From NCBI RefSeq assembly GCF_002945325.1, contig NZ_CP026606.1, positions 1,680,001 through 1,712,000 of the forward strand: a stretch of DNA of 32,000 nt. Direction: 5' to 3'. A program made the position numbers and the translations under genes. The notes below the pieces were generated by a model, which ran no database searches, was not told where the DNA came from, and worked only from the letters and a program-made list of their open reading frames with translations. The DNA is from Methanococcus maripaludis. Lineage in GTDB: Archaea; AGJL01; Methanococci; Methanococcales; Methanococcaceae. Positions 21,173 through 31,371 of this stretch are shown here, in pieces (position 1 is the first letter of the stretch; each line of letters begins with the position of its first letter).

Positions 21173-21862
21173 ATGACCATAAATTTTAAAAAACAGGCAA
21201 ATGCCATAAAAAATTTTGACAAAAACCCAATAATCGCGGAAATTAAAGTTCATTCTCCAAAATATGGCGATTTGTTGAAAGGAAGATCTGAAATGGATAT
21301 TTTAAGAATATATGAAGAAGCTGGAGCAGTTGGAATTTCATATATTACTGATAAACAGCATTTCAACGGAAACTTTGACATGTTTAAAAAGATCTGCGAA
21401 AACACCGAACTTCCAGTTTTAAGAAAAGATTTTCTAACAACAAAAGACGAAATTGAAAAAACAGCAAGTGCCGGGGCAAGTACCGTTTTGATAATTGCAA
21501 GATTATTGAAAGAAAAAACAGCTGAATTTGTAGATTTTGCACTCGAATGCGGGCTTGATACGCTTGTTGAAGTTCATAACACAGAAGAAATTGAAATTGC
21601 TAAATCTACGAACACAACAATGATTGGAATAAACAACAGGGATATTTCAAAATTGGAACTTGATGATGGAACTGTTTCACTAACTGAAAATCTTGCAGAT
21701 TTAATTCCAAAAGACAGAATTCTTGTCAGTGAAAGTGGAATTGCTAATTTAACCGATTTAAAAACTGCATTAAAATATGCAGATGCTGCATTGATTGGAA
21801 CATCATTCATGACAGCCGAAAACCAAAACGAGTTCGTAAAAAGTTTTGTTGAGGGAAAATAA
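21173..21862 (+). CDS. trpC: Indole-3-glycerol phosphate synthase
   Basis: NPIIAEIKVHSPKYGDL, ILRIYEEAGAVGISYITDKQHFNGN, PVLRKDF, GINNRDI, ILVSESGI, ALIGTSFM; first gene of the trp operon. Confidence 0.95.
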   Translation: MTINFKKQANAIKNFDKNPIIAEIKVHSPKYGDLLKGRSEMDILRIYEEAGAVGISYITDKQHFNGNFDMFKKICENTELPVLRKDFLTTKDEIEKTASAGASTVLIIARLLKEKTAEFVDFALECGLDTLVEVHNTEEIEIAKSTNTTMIGINNRDISKLELDDGTVSLTENLADLIPKDRILVSESGIANLTDLKTALKYADAALIGTSFMTAENQNEFVKSFVEGK

Positions 21863-22827
21863 TGTTAAACAAACTAATTGAACGTGAGAATTTATCATTT
21901 GAAGAATCATATGAATTATTTAACATGCTTTTAAATGAAAGTGAAATGAGAATAGCAGCTTATTTGGTGGCATTACAGACAAAAGGCCTAACTGCTGATG
22001 AAATTGCAGGATTTGCAAAAGCAATGAGGGATAATGCAGTTAAAATTGACCTTGGGGAAGTTACTGACACTTGCGGAACTGGCGGGGACGGTTCAAAAAC
22101 AATAAACGTGAGCACAGCAGTTTCAATAATTCTTTCATGTTTTACAAAAGTTGCAAAACACGGAAACGTTTCAATTACTTCAAACAGTGGTTCGGCAAAT
22201 GTTTACGAAGCACTTGGCTGTAAAATTCCAGAAACTCCTGAAGATGCAAAAAAATCAATGGATAAAACAAATTTCGCATTTTTGTTTGCTCAAAAATACC
22301 ATCCTGCACTTAAAAAAATAATGCCTGTTAGAAACGAACTGAAAGTAAAAACAATATTTAATATTTTGGGACCTCTTGCAAACCCTGCAAACCCAAAATA
22401 CCAGATACTCGGAGTAAACTCTTCAGAATTATGTGATAATGTTGCAATTGCGTTATCAAAAGTTGGGGGCATTAAAAAAGCGCTTGTGGTATATGGTAAT
22501 GGACTTGATGAGTTAACTCCAAATGGCACTTCAAAGATAACTGAATATGACGGAAAATTTGACACTTACGAAGTAACTCCAAAAGACTTTGGATTGAACT
22601 ACTCAAAAATAATTCCTTGTGAAAGTCCTGATGAAAGTGCAAAAAGATTAATTGATGTATTTTCGGGAAAAATCAATGAAGACAGGAATTTTATATTGAT
22701 GAATGCTGCAGCTGCACTTTATACTTCAGAAATAGCGTCAGACTTCTTAGATGGTGTTGAAATTGCAAAAGAAGCGATCGAATCTGGAAAAGTCCTTAAA
22801 AAACTTGAGGAGATAAGAAATGTATAA
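21862..22827 (+). CDS. trpD: Anthranilate phosphoribosyltransferase
   Basis: DTCGTGGDGSKTINVSTA, VAKHGNVSITSNSGSANVYEALG, FNILGPLANPA. Start overlaps the trpC stop by 1 nt (TAATG). Confidence 0.97.
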   Translation: MLNKLIERENLSFEESYELFNMLLNESEMRIAAYLVALQTKGLTADEIAGFAKAMRDNAVKIDLGEVTDTCGTGGDGSKTINVSTAVSIILSCFTKVAKHGNVSITSNSGSANVYEALGCKIPETPEDAKKSMDKTNFAFLFAQKYHPALKKIMPVRNELKVKTIFNILGPLANPANPKYQILGVNSSELCDNVAIALSKVGGIKKALVVYGNGLDELTPNGTSKITEYDGKFDTYEVTPKDFGLNYSKIIPCESPDESAKRLIDVFSGKINEDRNFILMNAAAALYTSEIASDFLDGVEIAKEAIESGKVLKKLEEIRNV

Positions 22828-24139
22828 ATTGGATTATGTAAATCCTCTAAAACTTTATGGTGTTTTAAGGGATGAAGGAAAATATCCAGTAATGCTTGAA
22901 TCAAGAGCTAAAGGGCAGATTAATGCAAGGTACACCTATATTTCTTCAAATCCCGAATATATGCTCAGAATTGGTAATAAAACCAAAATGGACAACGAAA
23001 CGATTTCAAAAGAAAGCAACCCTTTCAAAGCTTTAAAAGAAAATTTCAAAGTTACTCAAAAAGGCGACAGATTCACCGGCGGATACGTTGGATATATTGC
23101 ATATGACTGTATCCATAACTACATTGGTGGAAAAATCGAGGAACCTTCGGTATTTGGATACTATGACCACATGTATGTTTACGATCATGAAACAAGGAAT
23201 TTTTACTACCATTCTGAAAATAACAACCCAGAAGAATTAAGAAATGCTGAATTAACTGTTGAAAAAGCAAAAAATTTCAAAATCGAAGAGGAAGACGGCG
23301 GAATTGAAGTTTTGGGTTGCGATGCGGACTTAGACGACTATGTAAAAATGGTTGAAAAAACTAAAGAATATATTTATGCAGGCGATGCTTTTCAGGTCGT
23401 TCCTTCAAGAGAATATCGCTTGAAAAATGAATTTTCTGCATTTCAATTGTATAGGAATCTTAGAAAAGTAAATCCAAGTCCGTACATGTTTTTGCTCGAA
23501 TTTGATAAGGACGTTGTTGGAGCATCACCTGAAACAATGGCTTCGGTTCAGAATAATATCTTAAAAGTAAACCCTATTGCAGGGACTACTGCAATTGGAA
23601 AAACTGAAAGCGAAACTCAAAAATTGGCAGAAGCACTCTTAAAGGACGAAAAAGAGCGAGCAGAACACATGATGCTTGTTGACCTTGCAAGAAACGATGT
23701 CAGAAAAGTTTCAAAATCTGGAAGTATTGTGCTTGAAAGGTTTTTCGATGTTGTAAGGTACAGCCATGTTCAGCACATCGAAAGTGAGGTGCTTGGAACA
23801 TTAAAAGACAATTCGACAATATTTGATGCAATAGAAGCTGCATTCCCGGCAGGAACTCTAACCGGAGCTCCAAAATTCAGAGCAATGGAAATTATTGATG
23901 AAGTTGAAAAATCAAGAAGAAAAATTTACGGCGGAGCTGTAGGTTATTTCTCAAACAGCGGCAATGCGGACCTTGCAATTGGAATTAGAATGGCAGAAAT
24001 TGACAGCGTTTGCAGAGTACGAGCAGGCGGAGGGGTTGTTGCTGACTCAGTACCTGAAAATGAATACTACGAAACAGAGCGGAAAATGGCCGCAATGATG
24101 AAAGCACTGGGTGTTCAAAATGATAGTGATAATAGATAA
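22820..24139 (+). CDS. trpE: Anthranilate synthase component I
   Basis: VMLESRAKG Trp-binding-like motif, PSPYMFLLEF, NPIAGTT, MLVDLARND, AFPAGTLTGAPK, RAGGGVVADSVPE. Confidence 0.97.
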   Translation: MYKLDYVNPLKLYGVLRDEGKYPVMLESRAKGQINARYTYISSNPEYMLRIGNKTKMDNETISKESNPFKALKENFKVTQKGDRFTGGYVGYIAYDCIHNYIGGKIEEPSVFGYYDHMYVYDHETRNFYYHSENNNPEELRNAELTVEKAKNFKIEEEDGGIEVLGCDADLDDYVKMVEKTKEYIYAGDAFQVVPSREYRLKNEFSAFQLYRNLRKVNPSPYMFLLEFDKDVVGASPETMASVQNNILKVNPIAGTTAIGKTESETQKLAEALLKDEKERAEHMMLVDLARNDVRKVSKSGSIVLERFFDVVRYSHVQHIESEVLGTLKDNSTIFDAIEAAFPAGTLTGAPKFRAMEIIDEVEKSRRKIYGGAVGYFSNSGNADLAIGIRMAEIDSVCRVRAGGGVVADSVPENEYYETERKMAAMMKALGVQNDSDNR

Positions 24140-24716
24140 CAAAGATTCGTTTGTATGGAATTTGGCAGACTATGCATCGATTTATGATTCTGTAAAAGTT
24201 GTTCCAAACACGATTTCAATTGATGAGTTAAAAAAATTGAATCCTGATGGAATAATTATTTCACCAGGTCCCGGAGCTCCAGAAAACAAAAGAGATGTTG
24301 AAAACTGTCCTGAAATTATAAAAACTATGGATGTACCCGTTCTTGGAGTATGTCTTGGACACCAAACAATTGCACACATATTTGGCGGAAAAGTTGGAAG
24401 AATTCCTCCGGTTCACGGAAAATCAAGTTCTGTAACCCACGATTCAAAAGGAATCTTTAAAAATGTGAAAAATCCATTTACTGCTGGAAGATACCATTCT
24501 TTATCAGTTTTAAAAGTTCCTGAAAATTTTACAGTTACTGCAACGACTGATGACGGAACAGTCATGGGAATAAGGCATAATGATATGCCAATCGAAGGAG
24601 TTCAATTTCACCCTGAAAGTGTATTAACAGAATTTGAAGAAAAAGAAGGGCTAAAAATTATTGAAAATTTTGTGAAATTCGCTAAAACATATAAATCTTT
24701 TAAAAAGGAAATTTAA
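24120..24716 (+). CDS. trpG: Anthranilate synthase component II (glutamine amidotransferase)
   Basis: MIVIIDNKDSFVWNL, ISPGPGAPE, VPVLGVCLGHQTI, HPESVLTE. Start taken as ATG 24120; the track gives 24111. Confidence 0.96.
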   Translation: MIVIIDNKDSFVWNLADYASIYDSVKVVPNTISIDELKKLNPDGIIISPGPGAPENKRDVENCPEIIKTMDVPVLGVCLGHQTIAHIFGGKVGRIPPVHGKSSSVTHDSKGIFKNVKNPFTAGRYHSLSVLKVPENFTVTATTDDGTVMGIRHNDMPIEGVQFHPESVLTEFEEKEGLKIIENFVKFAKTYKSFKKEI

Positions 24717-24726
24717 GTGAAAAATC

Positions 24727-25362
24727 ATGTTCATAAAAATTTGCGGAATAAAAACTCCAGAAGAACTAAGAATAGTTGAAAATTACGGCAGCGCTACCGG
24801 AGTAATTTTAGAATGTGCTTCAAAAAGAAGAATTGGTTTTGAAACAGCAAAAAATCTTGTAAATTTATCGAATATTCCTGTATTTGCAGTTTCAACAACA
24901 TTCGATATTTCAGTATGGGAAAATATTATTGAATTGACAGGTACGAACTATTTACAGATGCATTCGGATATCGACCAAAAAGCAATAGATTTCATTAAAA
25001 ATGAGTACGGATGCTTTATTATGAAATCGTTTAAAATTCCTGAAACAAGCGAATCACCTGAAATTGATGCTGAAAAAATTATTTCAGAAATTGAAACTTA
25101 TGAAGTTGATAGAATTTTATTGGATACTGGAAAAGGATGTGGGCAGATTCATGACCACAGAATAAGTCAAATGATTGCAAAAAAGTTTGACATTGTTCTT
25201 GCAGGGGGTCTTGATCCTGATAACGTATTAAAAATTGTAAAATCTGTAAAACCGTTTGGAGTTGACGTTTCAAGCGGAGTTGAGAATAATAATTCAAAGG
25301 ACGAAGAATTGATAAAAAAATTTTGTGAAAATGTAAAATTAGGTGAAAATTATGAAATGTGA
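24727..25362 (+). CDS. trpF: Phosphoribosylanthranilate isomerase
   Basis: [49 protein letters not shown]. Confidence 0.95.
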   Translation: MFIKICGIKTPEELRIVENYGSATGVILECASKRRIGFETAKNLVNLSNIPVFAVSTTFDISVWENIIELTGTNYLQMHSDIDQKAIDFIKNEYGCFIMKSFKIPETSESPEIDAEKIISEIETYEVDRILLDTGKGCGQIHDHRISQMIAKKFDIVLAGGLDPDNVLKIVKSVKPFGVDVSSGVENNNSKDEELIKKFCENVKLGENYEM

Positions 25363-26536
25363 AGGATACTTTGGAGAATACGGCGGGCAGTTTATCCCTG
25401 AAGTTTTGATGCCTGCAATCGACGAGCTTAAAGAAGCATATTTTGAATTGAAAGATGATGAAGACTTTCAAAATGAGCTTTCCTACTATTTGAAAAATTA
25501 TGCAGGACGTGAAACGCCGCTTTACTATGCTGAAAATTTGACCAAAAAGCTTGGCGGTGCAAAAATTTACTTAAAAAGGGAAGATTTACTTCACGGAGGG
25601 GCTCACAAAACTAATAATACTATCGGTCAAGCGCTGCTTGCTAAAAGAATGGGTAAAACAAGAATAATCGCAGAAACCGGTGCAGGACAGCACGGTGTTG
25701 GAACTTCAATGGCTGGAGCATTGTTTGGACTTGAAACTGAAATTTTCATGGGAAGACTTGATACCGAAAGGCAGCAACCAAACGTATTTAGAATGAAACT
25801 TCTCGGTGCAAAAGTAACTCCTGTTGATACAGGTTCAAAAGTTTTAAAAGATGCGGTAAACGAAGCAATGAGGAACTGGACTGCAACATTTGAAAACACG
25901 CATTATTTAATGGGAACTGTTATGGGGCCACACCCTTTCCCAACGATTGTTAGAGATTTCCAGTCTGTAATTGGAAAAGAAGTTAAAAAACAAATAATGG
26001 AACAGGAAGGAAGACTTCCAGATCACTTGGTTGCATGTATTGGTGGTGGAAGTAACGCACTTGGTTTATTCCATGCATTTATTCAAGATAAAGACGTTAG
26101 AATGGTTGGAATTGAAGCTGCGGGAAAAGGACTCAACACAAGCCTTCACGGAGCCTCCATTTCAAAAGGAAAGAAAGGAGTTCTTCACGGAATGCTTTCA
26201 TACTTCTTACAGGATGAAGATGGCCAAATTGAAGAAGCATACAGTATATCAGCAGGATTGGACTATCCTGGAATTGGCCCAGAACACGCATATTTACACG
26301 ATTCTGGAAGAGCAGAATATGCATCAGCAACTGATGATCAGGCATTAAGCGCATTCATGGAACTTACAAGAAGTGAGGGAATAATTCCAGCTTTGGAATC
26401 ATCACACGCGGTAGCTTACGCAATTGAAAATGCCGGAAACATGGATAAAGATGAAATAATGGTCATAAACCTTTCAGGAAGGGGCGACAAGGATTTAAAC
26501 ACCGTAATTGACATCATGCAAAAAAGAGGGATGTAA
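25343..26536 (+). CDS. trpB: Tryptophan synthase beta chain
   Basis: [69 protein letters not shown] 25352 is an alternative start. Confidence 0.98.
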   Translation: MKIMKCEGYFGEYGGQFIPEVLMPAIDELKEAYFELKDDEDFQNELSYYLKNYAGRETPLYYAENLTKKLGGAKIYLKREDLLHGGAHKTNNTIGQALLAKRMGKTRIIAETGAGQHGVGTSMAGALFGLETEIFMGRLDTERQQPNVFRMKLLGAKVTPVDTGSKVLKDAVNEAMRNWTATFENTHYLMGTVMGPHPFPTIVRDFQSVIGKEVKKQIMEQEGRLPDHLVACIGGGSNALGLFHAFIQDKDVRMVGIEAAGKGLNTSLHGASISKGKKGVLHGMLSYFLQDEDGQIEEAYSISAGLDYPGIGPEHAYLHDSGRAEYASATDDQALSAFMELTRSEGIIPALESSHAVAYAIENAGNMDKDEIMVINLSGRGDKDLNTVIDIMQKRGM

Positions 26537-27313
26537 ATGAATAAACCAGTGTTAGTCAGTTTTTTAGTTTCTGGAGATCCAAATCCAGATGCAACATTGA
26601 AATTTATGAAAACACTCGATAAATATTCGGGAGTAATTGAACTAGGAATCCCGTTTAGCGACCCTGTTGCAGATGGGCCAACAATTCAGGCAGCAGATGT
26701 AAGGTCTCTATCTAATAAATTTAAAATTTCTAAATCATTTGATATATTGAAAGAATTTAGAAAAGAATCAAGTACTCCTGTAATTTTGATGACATACTAC
26801 AATCCTGTATTTAAAAGAGGAATTGAAAACTTTGTAATTCAAGCAAAAGAAGCAGGTGCAAATGGACTTATTATTGTTGATTTGCCACTTCAAGAAGCAA
26901 CAGAATATCGAGAAATCTGTAAAAAACACGAAATGGGAACGGTATTTCTTGCAGCACCAAACACTCCAGAAGAACGTTTAAAAATATCTGATGAAGCAAG
27001 CACTGAATTTTTGTACCTTATTTCAACTTTTGGAATCACAGGTGCAAGGGATACCTTCGAACAGATGACATTTGATTTTATTAAACGAGCAAGAACAACT
27101 TGCAAAGGAAAAATCTGCGTTGGATTTGGAATTTCAAAAGGAAGTCATGCAGAAAGTTTAATTGAACAGGGTGCTGATGGAGTAATTGTTGGAAGTGCAT
27201 TTGTAGATATTATTAAAAATTATGGGGATTCAGAAGAAGCACTTGTTAAATTAGAAGAACTTGCAAAAGAATTAAGTGAAGGAATCGATAAAGGATACGG
27301 AAAAAGAAAATAA
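26537..27313 (+). CDS. trpA: Tryptophan synthase alpha chain
   Basis: [60 protein letters not shown]. Confidence 0.97.
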   Translation: MNKPVLVSFLVSGDPNPDATLKFMKTLDKYSGVIELGIPFSDPVADGPTIQAADVRSLSNKFKISKSFDILKEFRKESSTPVILMTYYNPVFKRGIENFVIQAKEAGANGLIIVDLPLQEATEYREICKKHEMGTVFLAAPNTPEERLKISDEASTEFLYLISTFGITGARDTFEQMTFDFIKRARTTCKGKICVGFGISKGSHAESLIEQGADGVIVGSAFVDIIKNYGDSEEALVKLEELAKELSEGIDKGYGKRK

Positions 27314-27339
27314 CTACAAATTAATTGCGAAATTAAAAA

Positions 27340-28560
27340 TTAAAAGAACTTATCAAGGGTGGCCTGCCTTTGATTGCTCTTTAAAATCTTACTTTCTGTT
27401 TCATAGTCTTTCATTGGAACATCGAGGTATTTTTTTATCTCTTCAAGTGCAGATTTTAAATCATTAAATTTGCCAAGCCTGTTTTCCATTGCAAGCCTTA
27501 CGCCAGTTCGAATCTGCCATACTCCAACTGGGGCATAATATTCCGGAGTAATTTCTCGAAATACTAGTATTTTCGCCTGTTTTTTTCGTTTTTTAAGGTA
27601 TTCCAAAACACTTAGTCGGCCTGCATAAAATGCACCTGTTATTTTATTGGCATATCCTTTCATTCCCGTAATATCTTCAAAGTCCCCTAAAATCTGGTAG
27701 TTTTCACCGCTGAAAAGGGAACCTTTAAGCCAAACTTCAAGCATTTCAAAGGCATACAGATCTGGAACCAAAAGAACTGCATATCTATTCCCGAGGAAAT
27801 TTTTAAAGTACACTTCGTAGTCATTAATCTGGTTATTTTCCAATATTTTTTTCTTTACGTGCTTTCCAAGCAAATCCTGTGCCGCAGTTATGCTCCATTT
27901 TGTTGGAACGAGTTTTTTATTTATTCCAAGGAGCCCTGTTGAAAGAAGTTTTATTATGTAGTACTCATCAAATCCCGAATCGTAAAGTGAAATCATCCCC
28001 TCATTCGCCTTTAAATCATCACCTACGATATAATCGGATTTTCGGGGGATTTTCGGGTTTTCTGCAAGTCTGAATTTTAACATGCTTTCTCGTGGGCCGA
28101 CAGGGGGCGTAAATCCACCAGTTATTAATTCAAGTTTTGGGGCTTTTTTAAGTTCAATTTCACTATCAACAGGTTTATTCGCCATTGCAAGTTCCTGAAT
28201 GTTGTTTAATAACTTTGAATTTTTATTCACTGAAACATTTGCATTAGTTTCGCCCATAACAAGCATTGAACGGTATTCCATAATTTCAGGAATTGTAATA
28301 TTGTCCCATCGACTGGGATCATCCATAAAAGAAGTATCCCCTTCCACAGGTGGAACCATTGGTCCAATCCTGACGTTTGGGTATTCAAATTCTCCAACAA
28401 AAACGGATGGGGGGGACGCTCCAAAAATTTCTTTTTTATTTATTTTTGATTCAACTGATTTTGCAACCCTAAATTTTTCAAGTATTGGGCACCTTGGCCT
28501 TCCGCAAAGATGTTTCCTACCCTTACAAAGAGCGCATGTTTTTGACCTGAAAAGTTCCAT
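27340..28560 (-). CDS. Nre (NreA/NreB-like) archaeal DNA repair protein
   Basis: N-terminal zinc finger CALCKGRKHLCGRPRCPIL, ASPPSVFVGEFEYPNVRIGPMVPP, and C-terminal PCNA-interacting motif QATLDKFF (Q-x-x-L-x-x-F-F). Confidence 0.88.
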   Translation of the reverse strand: MELFRSKTCALCKGRKHLCGRPRCPILEKFRVAKSVESKINKKEIFGASPPSVFVGEFEYPNVRIGPMVPPVEGDTSFMDDPSRWDNITIPEIMEYRSMLVMGETNANVSVNKNSKLLNNIQELAMANKPVDSEIELKKAPKLELITGGFTPPVGPRESMLKFRLAENPKIPRKSDYIVGDDLKANEGMISLYDSGFDEYYIIKLLSTGLLGINKKLVPTKWSITAAQDLLGKHVKKKILENNQINDYEVYFKNFLGNRYAVLLVPDLYAFEMLEVWLKGSLFSGENYQILGDFEDITGMKGYANKITGAFYAGRLSVLEYLKKRKKQAKILVFREITPEYYAPVGVWQIRTGVRLAMENRLGKFNDLKSALEEIKKYLDVPMKDYETESKILKSNQRQATLDKFF

Positions 28561-28772
28561 AAAATCCCTTTGAAATTTTTAAATTACATTTTTTCAAATT
28601 TATCCATATTTGGGCTTTTTTTACAAATAATACTTATGTATTCAATGAATTTAAACTTATTTTATGGATTTAGTAAAGTTTGAAAGATTTAGATATATTT
28701 GGGAATCTAGAAAGATATATAATATAAATTGAACAGATGTAAAGCTTCAACTTTAAATCATAAGGGGTTTTT

Positions 28773-29021
28773 ATGAATATAATCTATATTTTGATAGTGG
28801 GTTTAATTATCGGATATTTATTTAAAAGCAGTCTTGAAAAAGTCGATTTATCAAAACCAACAAATTTAGCACTTCTTCTTTTGATATTTTTTATGGGTGT
28901 GGAAGCTGGAAAAGTCGATTTAAATGCATTTTCAACGTTTGTAGTTTCAATGGAATTTTCAGTCATTGTAATGGTTACAAGCCTCCTTGTGGCAGTATTT
29001 TTAGGGGGTAGGTTCAGATGA
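28773..29021 (+). CDS. LysO-type lysine exporter, N-terminal portion
   Basis: 82 aa hydrophobic; LLLILFMGVEAGKVDLNAFSTFVVSMEFSVIVMVTSLLVAVFLGGRF resembles the N-terminal repeat of E. coli LysO/YbjE (LILFFMGISL...). Stop overlaps next start as ATGA. Confidence 0.75.
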   Translation: MNIIYILIVGLIIGYLFKSSLEKVDLSKPTNLALLLLIFFMGVEAGKVDLNAFSTFVVSMEFSVIVMVTSLLVAVFLGGRFR

Positions 29022-29605
29022 ATTTTACAGTTTTGGTGTTAATTTTCCTAATTTTGGGATTTATTGTTGGACGAAGTATGGGAATTGACTTTGGAAATAT
29101 GTATGAAATAATGCTTTACATCCAGATTTTATTAATTGGAATTGATCTTGGAAAAAGTAGCGGTCTTAGGGGAGTTAAAAAAGTTGGAAAATTTGGTCTT
29201 TTACTTCCATTATTTACAATCATCGGTTCATTAATCGGCGGAATAATTGCATCAATTGTTTTAAACATTCCTATAAAATATGCACTTGCAATTGCGTCAG
29301 GAATGGGCTGGTACAGTCTTTGTGGGCCAATTTTAGCAAAATATTCTGCAATTTATGGGGTAATGGGATTTTTGGTAAATCTTGCAAGAGAAGTTTTAAC
29401 AATTATCGGCTATTCTTTTGTGATAAAAAAGTTTCCAAAAGATATGGCAATTACGCTTGGTGGTGGGACCAGCATGGATTCAACACTTCCAATAATCGTT
29501 AAATTTGGTGGAAAAGACATAATGATTCTTTCATTTGTACATGGCTTTATTTTGACGCTTTTAATCCCATTTATAACGCCGTTTATATTAATGCTTCCAA
29601 TCTAG
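29018..29605 (+). CDS. LysO-type lysine exporter, C-terminal portion
   Basis: IGGIIASIVLNIPIKYALAIASGMGWYSLCGPILAK, FLVNLAREVLTIIGY, LGGGTSMDSTLPIIVKFGGKDIMILSFVHGFILTLLIPFI; close in pattern to LysO (ASGFGWYSLSG, FFNDLAREL, GATSMDFTLP, VHGFILS). Confidence 0.85.
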   Translation: MNFTVLVLIFLILGFIVGRSMGIDFGNMYEIMLYIQILLIGIDLGKSSGLRGVKKVGKFGLLLPLFTIIGSLIGGIIASIVLNIPIKYALAIASGMGWYSLCGPILAKYSAIYGVMGFLVNLAREVLTIIGYSFVIKKFPKDMAITLGGGTSMDSTLPIIVKFGGKDIMILSFVHGFILTLLIPFITPFILMLPI

Positions 29606-29737
29606 AATTTTAAATTTTAATTCACCACTAATTTTTTTAAAAATTTTCAATGTGGTATAATACGATAAAATTACAATTTTAAAGTTTAAAAAAGTTTATT
29701 TTTGTTTAAAAATTAAAAAAAGGAAATATTCAATATA

Positions 29738-30487
29738 TTATTCCATGCTGACGTATTTATTTCCTTTTAAGATGTTTTCAGAATCAAGAGATATATCATA
29801 CAAACTATTATTCAATGCGGTGTTTGCAATTATACTATTATTTGTAGAACCCATAATTCCCCATATTCCAAAATTGGTATTGTATGAAACTTCATTTGTA
29901 ATGAATCTGTTGCAGTTGGAGCCTTGAATGTCCAATCCAGCTTGATAATTGTAGTTTACAATGTTGTTGACAACTTTGTTTCCTGTTGATAAATCTACAG
30001 ATATGCCCCAGGTATTATTGCATACGAAATTGTCTTCGATATTGTTATTATCTGAGTACCATGCCATAATACCATCCATATTGTCTGAAGCATTATTTTT
30101 AAGAATTTTACATTCAGTAGCGTTGTTAATCCATATCCCGGAACCAAATTTGGATATCTGCATATCTTTAATGGTTACCTTGGAACAGTCGTACACGTAT
30201 ACTCCTGAGTCACCCATCCAGCCCCAATAGATATCATCCCCTTCGAGGTAGTTTCCATTTCCATCCAGTATTACATCATCTGCGTTTATTGTTATCGCAG
30301 TGCCTATGATTCCCGATTGGGATATATTCAATAGATATTTCCCAGAATCATTTATTGCATAAGGTAATGAATTTATGTAATTAGTATTTGTTCCCTTTTC
30401 CCCACCTGCTGCAGCACATGCAATTGACATACTCACAAATACTGCGAGAGCCAAGGCTATTAATGGTTTATAACCAATTTTAGTCAT
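29738..30487 (-). CDS. Secreted right-handed parallel beta-helix (NosD/PbH1-repeat) protein
   Basis: Signal peptide MTKIGYKPLIALALAVFVSMSIACA, then INADDVILDGNGNYLEG...GVYVYDCSKVTIKDMQISKFGSGIWINNATECKILKNNASDNMDGIMAWYSDNNNIEDN repeats. Start ATG 30487 after GGGGGTGA; the track start 30586 is too long. Confidence 0.85.
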   Translation of the reverse strand: MTKIGYKPLIALALAVFVSMSIACAAAGGEKGTNTNYINSLPYAINDSGKYLLNISQSGIIGTAITINADDVILDGNGNYLEGDDIYWGWMGDSGVYVYDCSKVTIKDMQISKFGSGIWINNATECKILKNNASDNMDGIMAWYSDNNNIEDNFVCNNTWGISVDLSTGNKVVNNIVNYNYQAGLDIQGSNCNRFITNEVSYNTNFGIWGIMGSTNNSIIANTALNNSLYDISLDSENILKGNKYVSME

Positions 30488-30783
30488 TTTTAATTCACCC
30501 CCATGGTTACAATTAGATTTATCCGTTTTATAATATTTAAAATTAATTAAAAAACGATTATAACACTTTAATAGTTTAATAACCAATTTATAACATTATT
30601 GATCGAAAAATAAAAAAATATAATCTATATTTGTATAAAATACTGGTTTTAAACGTAAATTTATTAAAAATATGCAGAAAATACCTCCTACCTCCGATTT
30701 AAATAATATCTTTCCCAGAGTATCAAAAATTAATTATACTGTTTTAAAAATAATGTTTAATATGGGTTTGTGGGGGGATTGTC

Positions 30784-31140
30784 GTGTACACTTATCCCGT
30801 ATTATTATCCGTAATTTTTATGGTAATTTTTGCAGGATGCCAATCAGAAAAGCCATTGGGGGATTCTACAGTTACGTTTCAAAACGAAACAACAGCGGTA
30901 GTATTGATAGAGGATTTTTCGTATAAGCCTGCAGTTGTGACTGTGAAAGTTGGAACAAAAGTTACATGGGTACAAAAAGATAGTGTAAGGCATACTGTAA
31001 CATCAAATGACGGAATATTTGATTCAGGACTTCTTTCAGAAGGAATATCTTGGGAATATACATTCAATGAAGTAGGGACGTATAATTACTACTGTATACC
31101 CCATCCTTATATGGAAGGAACGGTTGAAGTGGTAGAATGA
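30784..31140 (+). CDS. Cupredoxin/plastocyanin-like lipoprotein
   Basis: GTG start after GGGGGGA; lipobox-like VIFAGC; VEDFSYKP-type VLIEDFSYKPAVVTVKVGTKVTWVQKDSVRHTVTS...GTYNYYCIPHPYMEGTVEV with the type-1 copper ligand pattern H...C-x4-H/M. Confidence 0.85.
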   Translation: MYTYPVLLSVIFMVIFAGCQSEKPLGDSTVTFQNETTAVVLIEDFSYKPAVVTVKVGTKVTWVQKDSVRHTVTSNDGIFDSGLLSEGISWEYTFNEVGTYNYYCIPHPYMEGTVEVVE

Positions 31141-31358
31141 CTCCAGAAGCTTCGTTTAAACTGGTTTACTATACGGGATTTACCAATTTTTTATTTATTG
31201 TCCTGATTATTCTTTCTTGTAGATGCGGAACTTTTTTACCGCATTCCTTTAAAAATCTAAAAATTTATAAAATAATTTTTAAATATCACTGCTACTATTG
31301 GGCGTTATTTTTAATTTCTGTAGCACTCCATTCTTATGGGGTATATTCACTAAGATAA
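31137..31358 (+). CDS. Small membrane protein with H-x13-H helix
   Basis: 73 aa, two hydrophobic helices; start overlaps upstream stop by 4 nt (ATGA); contains KYHCYYWALFLISVALHSYG. Confidence 0.6.
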   Translation: MTPEASFKLVYYTGFTNFLFIVLIILSCRCGTFLPHSFKNLKIYKIIFKYHCYYWALFLISVALHSYGVYSLR

Positions 31359-31371
31359 GGGGGTAGAAATT

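Noticed and set aside
25079-25471. 130-aa minus-strand ORF spanning trpF/trpB
   Set aside because: Antisense to two strongly conserved genes; phenylalanine/leucine/glutamine-rich shadow translation.
29738-30487. Beta-helix protein as a possible novel enzyme or adhesin system
   Set aside because: PbH1/NosD-like repeats are common in methanogen surface proteins; no partner genes suggesting a dedicated system.
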